Counted from the stretch's first letter, positions 9,341 through 20,119 are shown. The stretch is 64,000 nt of DNA from Thermodesulfobacteriota bacterium (GCA_034189385.1 JAXHVD010000010.1:64001-128000), one strand, 5' to 3'. The notes: generated from the sequence alone by a model not told the origin. Made by a program: numbers and translations.

Positions 9341-10024
9341 ATGAATGGAAAAAGGCTGGGAGATCCTTATAAAGACTTTTTGGAAGATATCGCTGGTTTT
9401 TCTTCCGAGAGGACAGAAAAGGAGCCCCCTTCAGCCGTGGTGGCAGAACAAGAAGGGGAGCCGGCTTCTGTTGGTCACCGGGTCAAGATGGTGCGCCAAA
9501 AAAAGGGGCTGACCATAGAAGATGTGGGGCAGCGGACAGGCCTCAGTCCAGCATACCTGGACCAAATCGAGGCAGACGAGGTCTCGCCTCCCTTGGGTGT
9601 GCTGATCAGAATGGCCAAGGCCCTTGACATGAAGCTGGGCCGCTTCATCTCCACTGGCGAGGTAAAGCCCTTTACGGTGGTCCGCAAAGACGAGGGGCGC
9701 ATCATCTCGAGGTACACGTCTGCTCAGGGAGATCAGTACGGCTACACTTATGAATCCCTGGCGCCAGACAAGAAAGATCGACACATGGAGCCCTTCATGA
9801 TCACCCTGGTACCATCAGGGGCAAAGAAGGAGCTTTCCACTCATGCAGGACAGGAGTTCATCCATGTATTGAAAGGGGCCTTGGAGGTCACCTTGAAAGA
9901 CCATCAGGCCGTGCTTTATCCTGGTGACAGCATCTACTTCGACTCCTCAGTACCCCACCTGGTGCGGTGCCACGGCGACGAGGAGACCGTTATCCTGGCC
10001 GTGCTCTATATAACGGACCGATAG
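9341..10024 (+). CDS. XRE-family HTH regulator with cupin domain
   Basis: N-terminal HTH_3; cupin motifs HAGQEF and GDSIYFDSSVPH. Confidence 0.9.
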   Translation: MNGKRLGDPYKDFLEDIAGFSSERTEKEPPSAVVAEQEGEPASVGHRVKMVRQKKGLTIEDVGQRTGLSPAYLDQIEADEVSPPLGVLIRMAKALDMKLGRFISTGEVKPFTVVRKDEGRIISRYTSAQGDQYGYTYESLAPDKKDRHMEPFMITLVPSGAKKELSTHAGQEFIHVLKGALEVTLKDHQAVLYPGDSIYFDSSVPHLVRCHGDEETVILAVLYITDR

Positions 10025-10040
10025 ACCGGACAGCAAAGGC

Positions 10041-10664
10041 TTATCCTTCCTTTTCCAGTAAGATTTCAATCTCCTTGAAGTGCTCCACTGCAAAGGCGGC
10101 CGAAAGCCTCCTATTCTTGTAGGCCACCAACGGAATCCCTGCTGCCCTGGCGGCCAACTCGTCGATCTTGGAGTCGCCAATGTAGATAGCCTCGTGGGGA
10201 GCAAGGTCAAAGTGGCCCAAGATTTTGAGAAGAGACTCAGGATCCGGCTTTGGTCGCTTCACGTCTAGGCTTGACACCACCAGATCAAAATATCCTTCCA
10301 GTCCATGTTCCAATAGAACGCGATGCATGGTATCAGAGCGGTTTGTGGAGATGGCCGTCTTGTGCTGGGGGCGCAAATACTCTAGAAATGCCATCAGGTA
10401 GGGCTCCATGCGCATGGCGGGAATAAAGGGATGATAGCTAATCTCATGACGATAGGCCAGGGCTTGTTCCACCCGCCGATCATCGCGGAAAAGATAGGAA
10501 ACGGACTGGTCGGCCGTGTGCATATGGACATAGTCCGCCTGTTCCCTGTTCATTGGAGGCTTTTTGAAGTGGATCAGTATGTGATTGTAGTAGGCCTCAT
10601 TGGCTCGCCTTGAGTCGAACATCACGCCGTCGCAATCAAAGATGACAAGTTGCACCTGTGCCAT
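10041..10664 (-). CDS. HAD-family hydrolase (phosphoglycolate phosphatase-like)
   Basis: FDCDGV, STN, KPDP, IGDS..D. Confidence 0.9.
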   Translation of the reverse strand: MAQVQLVIFDCDGVMFDSRRANEAYYNHILIHFKKPPMNREQADYVHMHTADQSVSYLFRDDRRVEQALAYRHEISYHPFIPAMRMEPYLMAFLEYLRPQHKTAISTNRSDTMHRVLLEHGLEGYFDLVVSSLDVKRPKPDPESLLKILGHFDLAPHEAIYIGDSKIDELAARAAGIPLVAYKNRRLSAAFAVEHFKEIEILLEKEG

Positions 10665-10922
10665 AGCCTGACCTTTGTCTCCCACTGCTCCCTCCCCAAC
10701 GCCGCCCTGCCATAACAGGGTATGCTTCAACAGAATCCCTTGGCCTGTTATGTTACTTCTGATATAGAACCTTAGTATCCATTTGACTGCGGAAAATAGT
10801 GGCAGTCACGCCTTGCTGTCAAGGTCCAAATGCGGGCCTTGAGCTGTTCATTGCAGGGCCAATGGTGTGAGGGGTCTTACGCAACGACTGGACTGTCAAC
10901 AGGAGCCGAACAGGAGGTTGCC

Positions 10923-11276
10923 ATGAAGATCCGAACAAAGGTGTGGATCGACGATGATCAAGACAGGGTCGTCTTTGGCAGTGGCAGGGCGCGCATGCTG
11001 GAGGCGATTGACCGTTTGGGGTCCATGAACAAGGCTGCCAAAGAGATGAAGATGTCCTATCGTGCCGTGTGGGGGAGGATCAAATCCACGGAAGAACGGT
11101 TGGGGGCCAAGATCCTGGCTACAAGCCCTGGGGGAGGAAAGCGGCGCGGCTCCATCTTGACGCCCACGGGGAAGAGACTCCTTGAGAAGTATCGACTCCT
11201 AAAAAGGAAGATCGTCATACAAGCCGATCAGGCATTTGAAGAGATCTTCGGGATAACGAGCAGTGATGAAAAGTAA
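10923..11276 (+). CDS. ModE-like winged-helix regulator (N-terminal domain only)
   Basis: FGSGRARMLEAID..GSMNKAAKEMKMSYRAVW; AGGAGG RBS; overlaps moeA. Confidence 0.85.
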   Translation: MKIRTKVWIDDDQDRVVFGSGRARMLEAIDRLGSMNKAAKEMKMSYRAVWGRIKSTEERLGAKILATSPGGGKRRGSILTPTGKRLLEKYRLLKRKIVIQADQAFEEIFGITSSDEK

Positions 11277-13200
11277 GAGAAACATATACCTGCAAATGAA
11301 ACCCATGGACGAGGCCTCGGCCCTCTTCTTTGCCCGTTTTGATCTGGAGGGGTGCCTGAAACCTGAGACCATTGCCGTCCAACTGGCGGCTGGCCGGGTC
11401 ACCGCCGAACCGGTCTTCGCCAGGTTGTCCAGCCCGAGTTATCACGCAGCCGCTATGGATGGGATTGCCGTCCGTGCAGAAACGACCTTTGGCACCACGG
11501 TGGACCGGCCCCAAAAGCTCCGTATGGGCGAGGACGCCCACTTCATCAACACGGGACAGATGATGCCGGAGGGGACAGACGCGGTCATCATGATCGAATA
11601 CGTCACGGACCTGGACCAGGAGACGGTCCAGATTGAATCAGGTGCCTATCCTTGGCAGAATGTCCGGAGAGTGGGCGAAGACATTGTGGCCACAGAACTC
11701 ATTCTACCTCAGAACCACCTTATTACGCCCTATGAGATCGGTGCCCTGCTGAACGGAGGCGTTTTCCATGTGAAGGTCAAGGAAAAACCCAGGGTGCTCA
11801 TCATCCCCACCGGTTCGGAACTGCTGGCCCCCCAGGACGTCAAGGGTGATAGACTTCCTCGGGGAAGGGTCATTGAAAGCAATTCCGCCATCCTCGGGGC
11901 CTTGATCCAGACCAGTGGTGGCGAGTATTTGCCCCATCCAATCGTCCCAGACGTCTTTGAAGAGGTCTTGGATGCCGTCGGCAGGGCTGTACACGGCGAT
12001 GCCCATATCGTGATCGTCAGTGCAGGGTCTTCAGCTGGTTCTGAGGATTATACCGCTGGCGTCATGGGCCAGCTAGGAGAAGTCCTCGTACATGGAGTGA
12101 CCATGATGCCTGGGAAACCAACGGTGCTGGGTGCCATCAATAATAGACCTGTCATCGGGAATCCAGGGTACACGGTTTCTGCCATTATGGCCTATGAAAA
12201 GTTTGTCGAGCCCCTCATGTGTCGGATGCTCGGTCTTGAAGCGCCAGTCAAAGAGAAGGCCAAGGTACGGGTAGCCCGGAAGATGGCATCCAAACTCGGC
12301 CTTGACGAATTTGTCCGGGTGAAACTGGGCCGCGTTGGAGACACCCTGGTGGCTTCCTCCCTTCCTAGGGGTGCCGGTTCTGTCACGACACTGACTGAAG
12401 CTGATGGCATCATTCAGATCCCCAGCCACGTGGAAGGGATCCAGGCAGGCGAGGTGGTGGAAGCAGCGCTTCTCAGGAAACGGGCGCATATCGAAAATAC
12501 GGTCGTCGTCGTGGGAAGCCATGACAACACCCTCGATGTCCTGGCCAATCAGATGAGGGTGAAGGATTGTCGTTTCGGCCTCTCTTCAAGTAATGTGGGA
12601 AGCCTCGGGGGACTCATGGCCTTGCGGAACGGGTATTGTCATACCGCAGGCTGCCACCTCCTGGACACGGAGACCGGAATATATAATGTCTCTTATATCA
12701 AGCAATACCTTCCTGCCCTGCGGGTCAGGGTGATCAACTTGGTATATCGTGAGCAGGGGCTCATGGTGTTGCCAGGCAACCCCAAAGGGATCACAGGGAT
12801 AGAGGACCTAGCCAGGGAGGAGATAACCTTTGTGAATCGGCAGGCAGGATCAGGGACTCGGATTCTCCTGGACTATCGGTTGTCAGAGCTCAGGATCAGG
12901 CCAGAGACCATCAAAGGCTATGATCAAGAAGAATTTACCCATATGTCCGTTGCGGTAAATGTCCTCAGCGGCGCAGCAGATGCCGGGCTGGGCATCTATG
13001 CGGCGGCCAAGGCCTTGGGGCTGGACTTTGTCCCCATGGTCACAGAAGAATACGACCTGGTGATCCCAGAGGCATTCTTTGAAGACGAAAAGATCCAGTT
13101 GATGCTCGAGGTCATCCGCTCAAGTGCCTTTAGAGGATATGTCGATCAGATGGGCGGATATGATACCTCAAAGACGGGCACACTCCTTGCCACCCTTTAA
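11263..13200 (+). CDS. moeA: Molybdopterin molybdotransferase MoeA fused to a PBP-like domain
   Basis: AAMDGIAV, INTG, AVIMIE, PTGSEL, PGKPT; C-terminal GSHD and NRQAGSGTR. Confidence 0.92.
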   Translation: MMKSKRNIYLQMKPMDEASALFFARFDLEGCLKPETIAVQLAAGRVTAEPVFARLSSPSYHAAAMDGIAVRAETTFGTTVDRPQKLRMGEDAHFINTGQMMPEGTDAVIMIEYVTDLDQETVQIESGAYPWQNVRRVGEDIVATELILPQNHLITPYEIGALLNGGVFHVKVKEKPRVLIIPTGSELLAPQDVKGDRLPRGRVIESNSAILGALIQTSGGEYLPHPIVPDVFEEVLDAVGRAVHGDAHIVIVSAGSSAGSEDYTAGVMGQLGEVLVHGVTMMPGKPTVLGAINNRPVIGNPGYTVSAIMAYEKFVEPLMCRMLGLEAPVKEKAKVRVARKMASKLGLDEFVRVKLGRVGDTLVASSLPRGAGSVTTLTEADGIIQIPSHVEGIQAGEVVEAALLRKRAHIENTVVVVGSHDNTLDVLANQMRVKDCRFGLSSSNVGSLGGLMALRNGYCHTAGCHLLDTETGIYNVSYIKQYLPALRVRVINLVYREQGLMVLPGNPKGITGIEDLAREEITFVNRQAGSGTRILLDYRLSELRIRPETIKGYDQEEFTHMSVAVNVLSGAADAGLGIYAAAKALGLDFVPMVTEEYDLVIPEAFFEDEKIQLMLEVIRSSAFRGYVDQMGGYDTSKTGTLLATL

Positions 13201-13264
13201 AGACGGCAAGACCTCCCTCCCCTTGCCTGCCACGGGAGGACCGAAAAACCAAACCGGAAATCAC

Positions 13265-13756
13265 TCAAAGGGAAACCCGCTCGTAGGTTCGGCTTGAGGT
13301 GTCCACAAAGTAGAAGCCAGGAGAGCCGTCTTTTCCCATCACCTCCCCGGGGTTGAGTAAGACCGTCTCCCCCTTTTTATCCAGGCACGCCTCATGTGAG
13401 TGGCCAAAGCATACAAGATCGTATCGACCGGTGGCGGCCAACCCGTCTGCCACCCTTGGGTCGTGCGTAAAGGCCACCTGGAAGCCGTCGAGATTCAGTT
13501 CCCCCAAAAGACCATAGAGCGTGATACGAGAAAGCTCCGTCATGGAGAGCTTGGTCAAAAGGTACTGGTCCCCGTCATTGTTACCAAAGACCCCGTGGAC
13601 TGGAATAGCCGCCTGCTCCAGCTCTTTGAGCATGAATGGAGCCACAAAATCCCCACAGTGAATGATCGCCTCCGCCCCGCGGGCCTTAATCAGTTCTATG
13701 GCCTTGCGGAGGTTCCAGATATGGTCGTGTGTGTCACTCATGACAGAAAGTATCAT
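13265..13756 (-). CDS. YfcE-family metallophosphoesterase
   Basis: SDTHD, HCGD, GNND, GHSH, NPGE. Confidence 0.9.
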   Translation of the reverse strand: MILSVMSDTHDHIWNLRKAIELIKARGAEAIIHCGDFVAPFMLKELEQAAIPVHGVFGNNDGDQYLLTKLSMTELSRITLYGLLGELNLDGFQVAFTHDPRVADGLAATGRYDLVCFGHSHEACLDKKGETVLLNPGEVMGKDGSPGFYFVDTSSRTYERVSL

Positions 13757-14004
13757 TGCCTACCCTCCCTTGGAAAAATGATTTGCCCGAGCCCCTCTTC
13801 GCCATGAGAGGCGACGCAGGCGCAAAGATAATCGCTCTTTAGCAGAACACAACGTGGCAAGAAAGACCTTTTCAGATGCCCTGAAATGGGCCATTCGTGG
13901 CCAAGGGAAAAGACCTGGGACAAGCCCAAGGGCTTTATTCTCTTGACTTGAAGCTGCTGATTCCCTATTCCCATATCATCTACTGATCAACCTGGAGGAA
14001 CACC

Positions 14005-15111
14005 ATGAAAAGCCCTGTGTTTTTTTCAGATCTACGCGCAACGCCGAATCAGAATCTTATGGCGAAGGTGAGAGGCCTCTTGGACGCCGTTGGCTTGGCC
14101 GACAAATTCAAGAAGGGGGCCTTGGTGGCTGTAAAGCTCCATTTTGGAGAGGCGGGAAATACGGCCTACATACGGCCAAACTTTATTCGAGAGATTTGTG
14201 ATAGAATTAAGGAGGTGGGAGGCCGGCCCTTTTTGACTGACGCGAACACCCTCTACGTGGGGAGTCGAAGTGACTCCGTTGACCATCTCATAACGGCCAT
14301 CCAAAACGGCTTTGACTATGCCGTGGTGGGCGCTCCCCTGATCATTGCCGATGGCCTGAGGGGTGGCAACGAGGTAGCTGTCACCGTCGACTTGAAGCGA
14401 TTCAAGCGTGTCTATCTCGGTTCTGAAATTATACGGGCCGATGCCATCGTGAGTGCTGCCCATTTTAAGGGTCATGAGTTGTCGGGATTTGGGGGAACCA
14501 TAAAGAACCTGGGCATGGGATGCGCTTCCCGAAAAGGAAAGCTCGCCCAGCATTCCACAGTCTCACCCAAGGTGAAAAGAAAGAAGTGCGAAGGGTGCGG
14601 CGAGTGTGTGGAATACTGCGCGCAGAAGGCCATTTCCCTGGTGGATGAAAAGGCCAAAATCGACCGCAAAAAGTGCGTGGGATGCGGCGAATGTATCATC
14701 GTCTGCCCCAATCAGGCCATCCAGATCCAATGGAATCAGCAAATTCCGGTATTTCTAGAAAACATGGTGGAGTACACAAAGGGGGTCCTGAAAGGCAAAG
14801 AGGACTCAGCCTGCTTTATCAACTTCATCACCCAGGTGTCACCTGCTTGTGACTGCTATCCCCACAATGATCTCCCTATTGTGGCAGACATCGGCATCGT
14901 TGCCTCAAACGATCCTGTTGCCATTGATCAGGCCTCGGCGGACCTGGTCAACCAGGCACAGGGGCGGGAAGATTCTTGCCTTACCAAGCATTTCAAGCCA
15001 GGAGAGGACAAGTTCCGGGCCCTCTATCCGAACATCGACTGGGAAATTCAGCTTGAATATGCAGAAAAGATTGGACTGGGAACCCGGGCCTACGATCTGA
15101 TCAAGATATAG
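14005..15111 (+). CDS. DUF362 domain protein with 2x[4Fe-4S] ferredoxin insert
   Basis: KLHFGE, HFKGH, GGTIKNLGMG, two CxxCxxCxxxC motifs, CDC, DPVAID. Confidence 0.9.
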   Translation: MKSPVFFSDLRATPNQNLMAKVRGLLDAVGLADKFKKGALVAVKLHFGEAGNTAYIRPNFIREICDRIKEVGGRPFLTDANTLYVGSRSDSVDHLITAIQNGFDYAVVGAPLIIADGLRGGNEVAVTVDLKRFKRVYLGSEIIRADAIVSAAHFKGHELSGFGGTIKNLGMGCASRKGKLAQHSTVSPKVKRKKCEGCGECVEYCAQKAISLVDEKAKIDRKKCVGCGECIIVCPNQAIQIQWNQQIPVFLENMVEYTKGVLKGKEDSACFINFITQVSPACDCYPHNDLPIVADIGIVASNDPVAIDQASADLVNQAQGREDSCLTKHFKPGEDKFRALYPNIDWEIQLEYAEKIGLGTRAYDLIKI

Positions 15112-15187
15112 CCCTCTGCCTACCCAACCGAGAGAGATCTTTGAGGAGCCCCTTTTCCGGAACCTTGGCTGCTGATGCGAGGGAATC

Positions 15188-15988
15188 TCAATCAGGGAGC
15201 TTGGTCATTCGGGTGGAGCCAAAATATTCTTCGGTCTGGGAAGAGCTAATCCTAGCCAGTTTGTGGGTGACGGATTGAATACGTCTTGCTTCCCTTAGAA
15301 TGATTTCGAGCGTTTCTCGGACCTTCTCTTGATCTTCCGCTTCCAATATCTCGGCAAGTGCAATAATAGACGTCAGTGGGTTGTTGATTTCATGATTGAC
15401 TGTAACGACAACCTCACCGATTGCTGCCAAGCGTTCTTTCTCGATCAGCTTCTTCTGCGCATCTCTTAGTTCTTCCAGCGTTTCCTTAAGGAGTCTATTC
15501 TTCTCCTGCAATTGTCTTTGAAGAAGCATCTTCTCCAGGACGATAGAAATCTGAGTGGAGACAACGGCATAATCCTCATTTTCAACGTCCTTGTATACGT
15601 CCGGCCTCTGATGGCCCAGATTTAACACGCCGAGCAACTCCTCACTTCCCCAAAGTGGCATCGACACGAAGGAGCTGAATCTTCGTTCCTTCCCGGGCCG
15701 GGCTGTGGCCAGGGATTGAAAGATGACAGGCTTCTTCTGCTTAGATACCCAGCTAGAGATGCCCCTGCCCCTGTCAAAGGAAATTTCACCAGCCAGCTCC
15801 ACAATGTCTTCGCCCTTCTGATGGATCACCTCCAGTCGATTGTTCTCGTGACGATATAGGTATAAGGTAGCACTATCAAAAGGCACGGTCTTTTCGAGCA
15901 GATCAAACACGGCATCAAAGGTATCCTCAGTGCCCAAGCCTTTTTGGAGGATGTTAGCAACTTCGCGTAGAAAGTCAGTCCTGACCAT
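15188..15988 (-). CDS. GAF + HisKA protein lacking an HATPase domain
   Basis: GAF fold, coiled coil and H-box HEINNPL; protein ends about 65 aa after the His. Confidence 0.8.
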   Translation of the reverse strand: MVRTDFLREVANILQKGLGTEDTFDAVFDLLEKTVPFDSATLYLYRHENNRLEVIHQKGEDIVELAGEISFDRGRGISSWVSKQKKPVIFQSLATARPGKERRFSSFVSMPLWGSEELLGVLNLGHQRPDVYKDVENEDYAVVSTQISIVLEKMLLQRQLQEKNRLLKETLEELRDAQKKLIEKERLAAIGEVVVTVNHEINNPLTSIIALAEILEAEDQEKVRETLEIILREARRIQSVTHKLARISSSQTEEYFGSTRMTKLPD

Positions 15989-16198
15989 GATGAACCACCT
16001 GATAGTCCCCTTCTTAACCTAGGCGCTACACTTCAACCAGAGTGACTAGGACAATGCGCACGATGCTTCTGGCGCAAGAAGTATAGGCTAAAGGGTCCTC
16101 TGTGTCAATGAAAGGAAGCATCTCGAAGCCCATGACAAATCAGAGACTATTGTCGGAAGACATGGTCGGAGACGTGGCCGAGCAGTGGCCTCCCGATT

Positions 16199-16636
16199 TT
16201 ACTTCACAAGCACATCTGGCAGTCGCTCCACAAAGGCTTTGATTTCATCACGGACACGCCGGTAGTACGCCATGGCCTCTTCTTCGTCTCGGGCGCCCTT
16301 TGCGAGCCTTGGCGGGTCATCAAAGCCCACATGGACCACCTTTGTCTGCGCGGGGAATACGGGGCAGGTCTGGTGTGCATGATCACACACCGTGATCACG
16401 TAATCAAAGGGGATGTCCCCCACCTCTTCCACTGACTTGGACCCTTGGCCTGAGATATCGATGCCCACTTCGGCCATGGCTTTGACAGCTCTTGGGTCCA
16501 ATTGGTGGGGATCGACACCTGCCGAGTAAGGTTCAATGACATCCCCTTTGAGATGTCTTGTCCAGGCTTCTCCCATTTGACTCCGACAGGAATTGCCCGT
16601 ACACAAAAAGAGTATCTTAAGCTTCGGTCTGTTCAT
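16199..16636 (-). CDS. arsC: Arsenate reductase (LMW-PTP, thioredoxin-dependent type)
   Basis: CTGNSCRS, VITVC...CPVFP, FDDP. Confidence 0.93.
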   Translation of the reverse strand: MNRPKLKILFLCTGNSCRSQMGEAWTRHLKGDVIEPYSAGVDPHQLDPRAVKAMAEVGIDISGQGSKSVEEVGDIPFDYVITVCDHAHQTCPVFPAQTKVVHVGFDDPPRLAKGARDEEEAMAYYRRVRDEIKAFVERLPDVLVK

Positions 16637-16821
16637 GACTTGTTCCTTTCGCCACTGCGTTGATTACTCAAACCTTGAGTCTTCTTGGCTTCCCCGAAGG
16701 AAACGTCGGCATTCAGGTCCTCTGTTGGATTGATCATGTTTCTCCCCTGATCCAGGCCACCATCAATACAGAGCCAGGCCAGTGTGACGATCTTCCATAG
16801 CCATCACATGATTCGCTATAT

Positions 16822-17529
16822 TCAGGTCAGAAAGAAGGGGTTCACAATAAAATAGATACCCAGAACGCCTATGACTACGCCGGCCCCCTTTCGGAACCAT
16901 CTTCCCGCACCTTGCCAAGAGCTGTTTTCGAGCAACCCTCTCACCGCGGCGCCAGAGCTGCCGGCCAGAACAATGGGCAGACAATGCCCTATGGCAAATA
17001 GCAGGATAAGAAGAAAACCCCAGGCCGTTTTTTGCTGGATGGTGATGATGGCAAGTACGGGAGCGATAAAACCAAAGGTGCAAGAACCGGAAAGAACGCC
17101 ATAGCCGAGGCCGAGGACAAAGGCCCCCCATAGGCCTTTCACAGGAAGGCCATGCAAGAGGCTTCCCGACATGGCGCATTTTTCCACACCAAGCATGCCC
17201 AGGGCCACCCAAGAAAGAACGAGCCCTACCAGGATTTGCCAGTAGTTTCCCACATCGCCCAGCATACGGCCTAGCACGGTACAGATGATGCCGATGGAGG
17301 CTATGGTCATGAAGAGCCCCAGACTAAAGGCCACGGAATAGTAGACTGCCTCCCTTGGCTGCAAGACCCGTTCCTGCCCCCCCACATAAGCCACGATAAG
17401 AGGGATACTCGCCAGATGACACGGGCTGAAGGCTACACTGATCATGCCCCAGAGAAGACAACCCAGGGCTGCAATCAAGGTCCCTCCAGTAATCCACTCA
17501 TTAACGGTCAGGAAGAAAGTCTCTAACAT
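16822..17529 (-). CDS. ccdA: CcdA/DsbD-like transmembrane electron transporter
   Basis: FSPCHLASIPL and SGSCT TM cysteines; about six TM helices. Confidence 0.85.
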   Translation of the reverse strand: MLETFFLTVNEWITGGTLIAALGCLLWGMISVAFSPCHLASIPLIVAYVGGQERVLQPREAVYYSVAFSLGLFMTIASIGIICTVLGRMLGDVGNYWQILVGLVLSWVALGMLGVEKCAMSGSLLHGLPVKGLWGAFVLGLGYGVLSGSCTFGFIAPVLAIITIQQKTAWGFLLILLFAIGHCLPIVLAGSSGAAVRGLLENSSWQGAGRWFRKGAGVVIGVLGIYFIVNPFFLT

Positions 17530-17546
17530 GCGTTCCTATTTTGAAC

Positions 17547-17975
17547 CTAGCGTGTGATGTTTTCCAAAGCATCTTTCACGTCGTTCTTTGCTAGCCGATC
17601 AACTCCCATCTTTGCGAGTTGTCCGATGATGGCCTCTTCACTCATGAAACCCTCGTGGCGGTAAACCTCCTCTCCCTCTTTGTCAAAGAATATCTGCGTG
17701 GGGATGGTTCGGATGGCGTGCCGTTGAGCCTGTTCCCGGTGCTGCCACACGTCTATGAAGACGATGGACGCCTTTGCCTCGTATTGCTTCTTCAGTTTCT
17801 TCAAAACAGGCGCCATCATCTTACAGGGTATGCATTTGTGAGCCCCAAGATCGACCATGGTGACCATGCCCTCGGTGGGTACCCTCGGAAGGGGCTCCCC
17901 TTTGTCTTCAGCCACAGCGCCCGAGACCCAGGCAAACAAAAGAACCAGAATGACCCATCTCGTAAATTGTTTCAT
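17547..17975 (-). CDS. Exported thioredoxin-family protein
   Basis: Signal peptide, CIPC, IPTQIFFD. Confidence 0.88.
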   Translation of the reverse strand: MKQFTRWVILVLLFAWVSGAVAEDKGEPLPRVPTEGMVTMVDLGAHKCIPCKMMAPVLKKLKKQYEAKASIVFIDVWQHREQAQRHAIRTIPTQIFFDKEGEEVYRHEGFMSEEAIIGQLAKMGVDRLAKNDVKDALENITR

Positions 17976-18064
17976 GCAAGCCTTTCTTGACCAGGAGCCT
18001 GCCGACTGGCCCTCGTCAACATGGGATTCTTGTCAGTACAATAATGTCTTTCTCGATCTTACCC

Positions 18065-19264
18065 TCACTGAACAGATACCTTCTGGGGAAACCAATCGGC
18101 AGTCTTGACACAAATCTTCACCAGCAGAAGCATCACGGGGACTTCAATGAGGACCCCCACCACCGTTGCCAGGGCTGCCCCGGAGGAAAGGCCGAAGAGC
18201 ATGGTTGCTGTGGCAATGGCGACCTCGAAATGATTAGAAGCCCCGATCATGGCCGAAGGGGCGGCATCTTCATATCTGAGTCGAATCGCCTTAGACAGAC
18301 CGTAACCCAAGGCGAAGATCAACGTCGTCTGGATGAAGAGCGGAATAGCAATCCAAAGAATGGTAAAAGGGTTGGAAACAATCACGTCCCCCTTGAAAGA
18401 AAAGAGGAGCACCAAAGTGACCAACAAGGCGATAATGGTGATAGGTGTCAGGACGTGGAGGAACTTCTCCTTAAACCATGTCTCTCCGCGAGAACGGATA
18501 AGTAGCTTCCTGGAAAGGTAGCCTGCAACAAGGGGAAGGGCCACGTAGATGGCGATGGAAAGGACCAGGGCCTGCCAAGGAACGGGAAGTCTGCCGACAC
18601 CCAGGAGAAATCCTCCCAGAGGACCGTAGAGAAAAAGCATGGTAAGAGAATTAATGGCCACCATGACCAGGGTGTGCCCATCATTTCCTTTGGCCAGATA
18701 GCCCCAAACCAGCACCATGGCCGTGCACGGGGCAATGCCCAACAGGATACAGCCGGCGAGATAGCTCCGCCAGAGGGGCACCTGTAGCATCTTCATCCCA
18801 TTGACCACAACCACCTTTCCCGCACCGTAACGTGCCCCTTCAGAAAGGCTCAAGCCCAGGGGCATCTTGACGTAGTCCACGGCATCAGGTCCGATAAAGG
18901 CCAAAAATGCCGTGCCGAGAAAAAAGATGGAGATGGCATACATGGTAAAGGGCTTCACCGCCCAATTGACGAATAAGGTGAGGGCTACCGGCTTGATATT
19001 TTTGCCAGCCCTGAGCACCTCTCCGAAGTCGATCTTCACCATGATGGGATACATCATGAAGAATAGACAGATGGCGATGGGGATAGAAACAACAGGGGCG
19101 TCGCCCACGTAGATGGCCAATCCATCCAGATATCGGGCCACCCCCGGAGCCACTTTCCCCAGGACAATGCCTGCAAGAATGCAGAGGACCACCCAAAGGG
19201 TAAGATACTTCTCAAAAAGGCTTAAGCCTTTCTGTTCTTTGGCAACGTGGGCTTCATTTCCCAT
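18065..19264 (-). CDS. acr3: ACR3-family arsenite efflux pump
   Basis: [40 protein letters not shown]. Confidence 0.95.
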   Translation of the reverse strand: MGNEAHVAKEQKGLSLFEKYLTLWVVLCILAGIVLGKVAPGVARYLDGLAIYVGDAPVVSIPIAICLFFMMYPIMVKIDFGEVLRAGKNIKPVALTLFVNWAVKPFTMYAISIFFLGTAFLAFIGPDAVDYVKMPLGLSLSEGARYGAGKVVVVNGMKMLQVPLWRSYLAGCILLGIAPCTAMVLVWGYLAKGNDGHTLVMVAINSLTMLFLYGPLGGFLLGVGRLPVPWQALVLSIAIYVALPLVAGYLSRKLLIRSRGETWFKEKFLHVLTPITIIALLVTLVLLFSFKGDVIVSNPFTILWIAIPLFIQTTLIFALGYGLSKAIRLRYEDAAPSAMIGASNHFEVAIATATMLFGLSSGAALATVVGVLIEVPVMLLLVKICVKTADWFPQKVSVQ

Positions 19265-19369
19265 GGTTTCACCTTCCCAATAGATCTCGTCAAATCGCAA
19301 AAAGTCCCGTTTGGTCTCTCCGTGGGCATCTCGGCCCCACAACCCCCGCGGAACCTTCGTGGATAGGCA

Positions 19370-20119
19370 CTACGCCAAGAGGTTCCAGATCATCTTCATT
19401 GCAATTCCCAACAGGACAACGCCGATGACCAGTTTTACTTGTTTCCGCTTGAGTTTTTCTGTCACGAGCCATGCGCCTGCGACGGCTCCCAGGGCCGATC
19501 CCATGGCGGTAAAACCCAAAAGCGGGATCTCCATGTGGCCAAGGGAGGCATGGCCTAAGAACCCCGAAAAGGACGAAAAAATCACAATGAAAGCGGTCGT
19601 GGCAGCGGCCTTCTTGGGGTTGAAGCCCAGCCAAACAAGGACCGGGACGATGAAATTGCCGCCGCCCACGCCTAAGAGTCCCCCCAAAAAACCGGCCAGG
19701 GCACCGACTGACAGGCCATAGACCAGTTGCGTGGCCTTTGGGCCCTCGCCTTCCTTTTTTTCAGATTCATAGAAGAGCATCATCCCAGCAGCGAAAAGCA
19801 AGAATCCCACAAAGAGCCACATCAGTAGCTGCTGGTCCAACCCCCGGCTCACGTAAGCCCCCACCGGTGAGAGCACGGTGGCAACGGTGAGGATGGGAAG
19901 GGCCACCTTCCACATCACCAGTCGGTTTTTTATGAACCGATAAGAAGCACAGGTCATGGCAATGGAGTTGAGAAGCAAGGCCGTGGACATGGCCACATGC
20001 ACATCGATTCCCAGGGCAATGAATATGGGAATCAGGATGAACGCTGCGCCCACCCCTGAAACGGTGAGCAGGGTCGTCAACAGGAGGGTTATGACTCCAG
20101 CTAGGGCAGCAATTCCCAC
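19370..20119 (-). CDS. TauE/SafE (TSUP) family exporter
   Basis: GVGAAFILIP and GVGGGNFIVP repeats; multi-TM. Confidence 0.88.
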   Translation of the reverse strand: MGIAALAGVITLLLTTLLTVSGVGAAFILIPIFIALGIDVHVAMSTALLLNSIAMTCASYRFIKNRLVMWKVALPILTVATVLSPVGAYVSRGLDQQLLMWLFVGFLLFAAGMMLFYESEKKEGEGPKATQLVYGLSVGALAGFLGGLLGVGGGNFIVPVLVWLGFNPKKAAATTAFIVIFSSFSGFLGHASLGHMEIPLLGFTAMGSALGAVAGAWLVTEKLKRKQVKLVIGVVLLGIAMKMIWNLLA

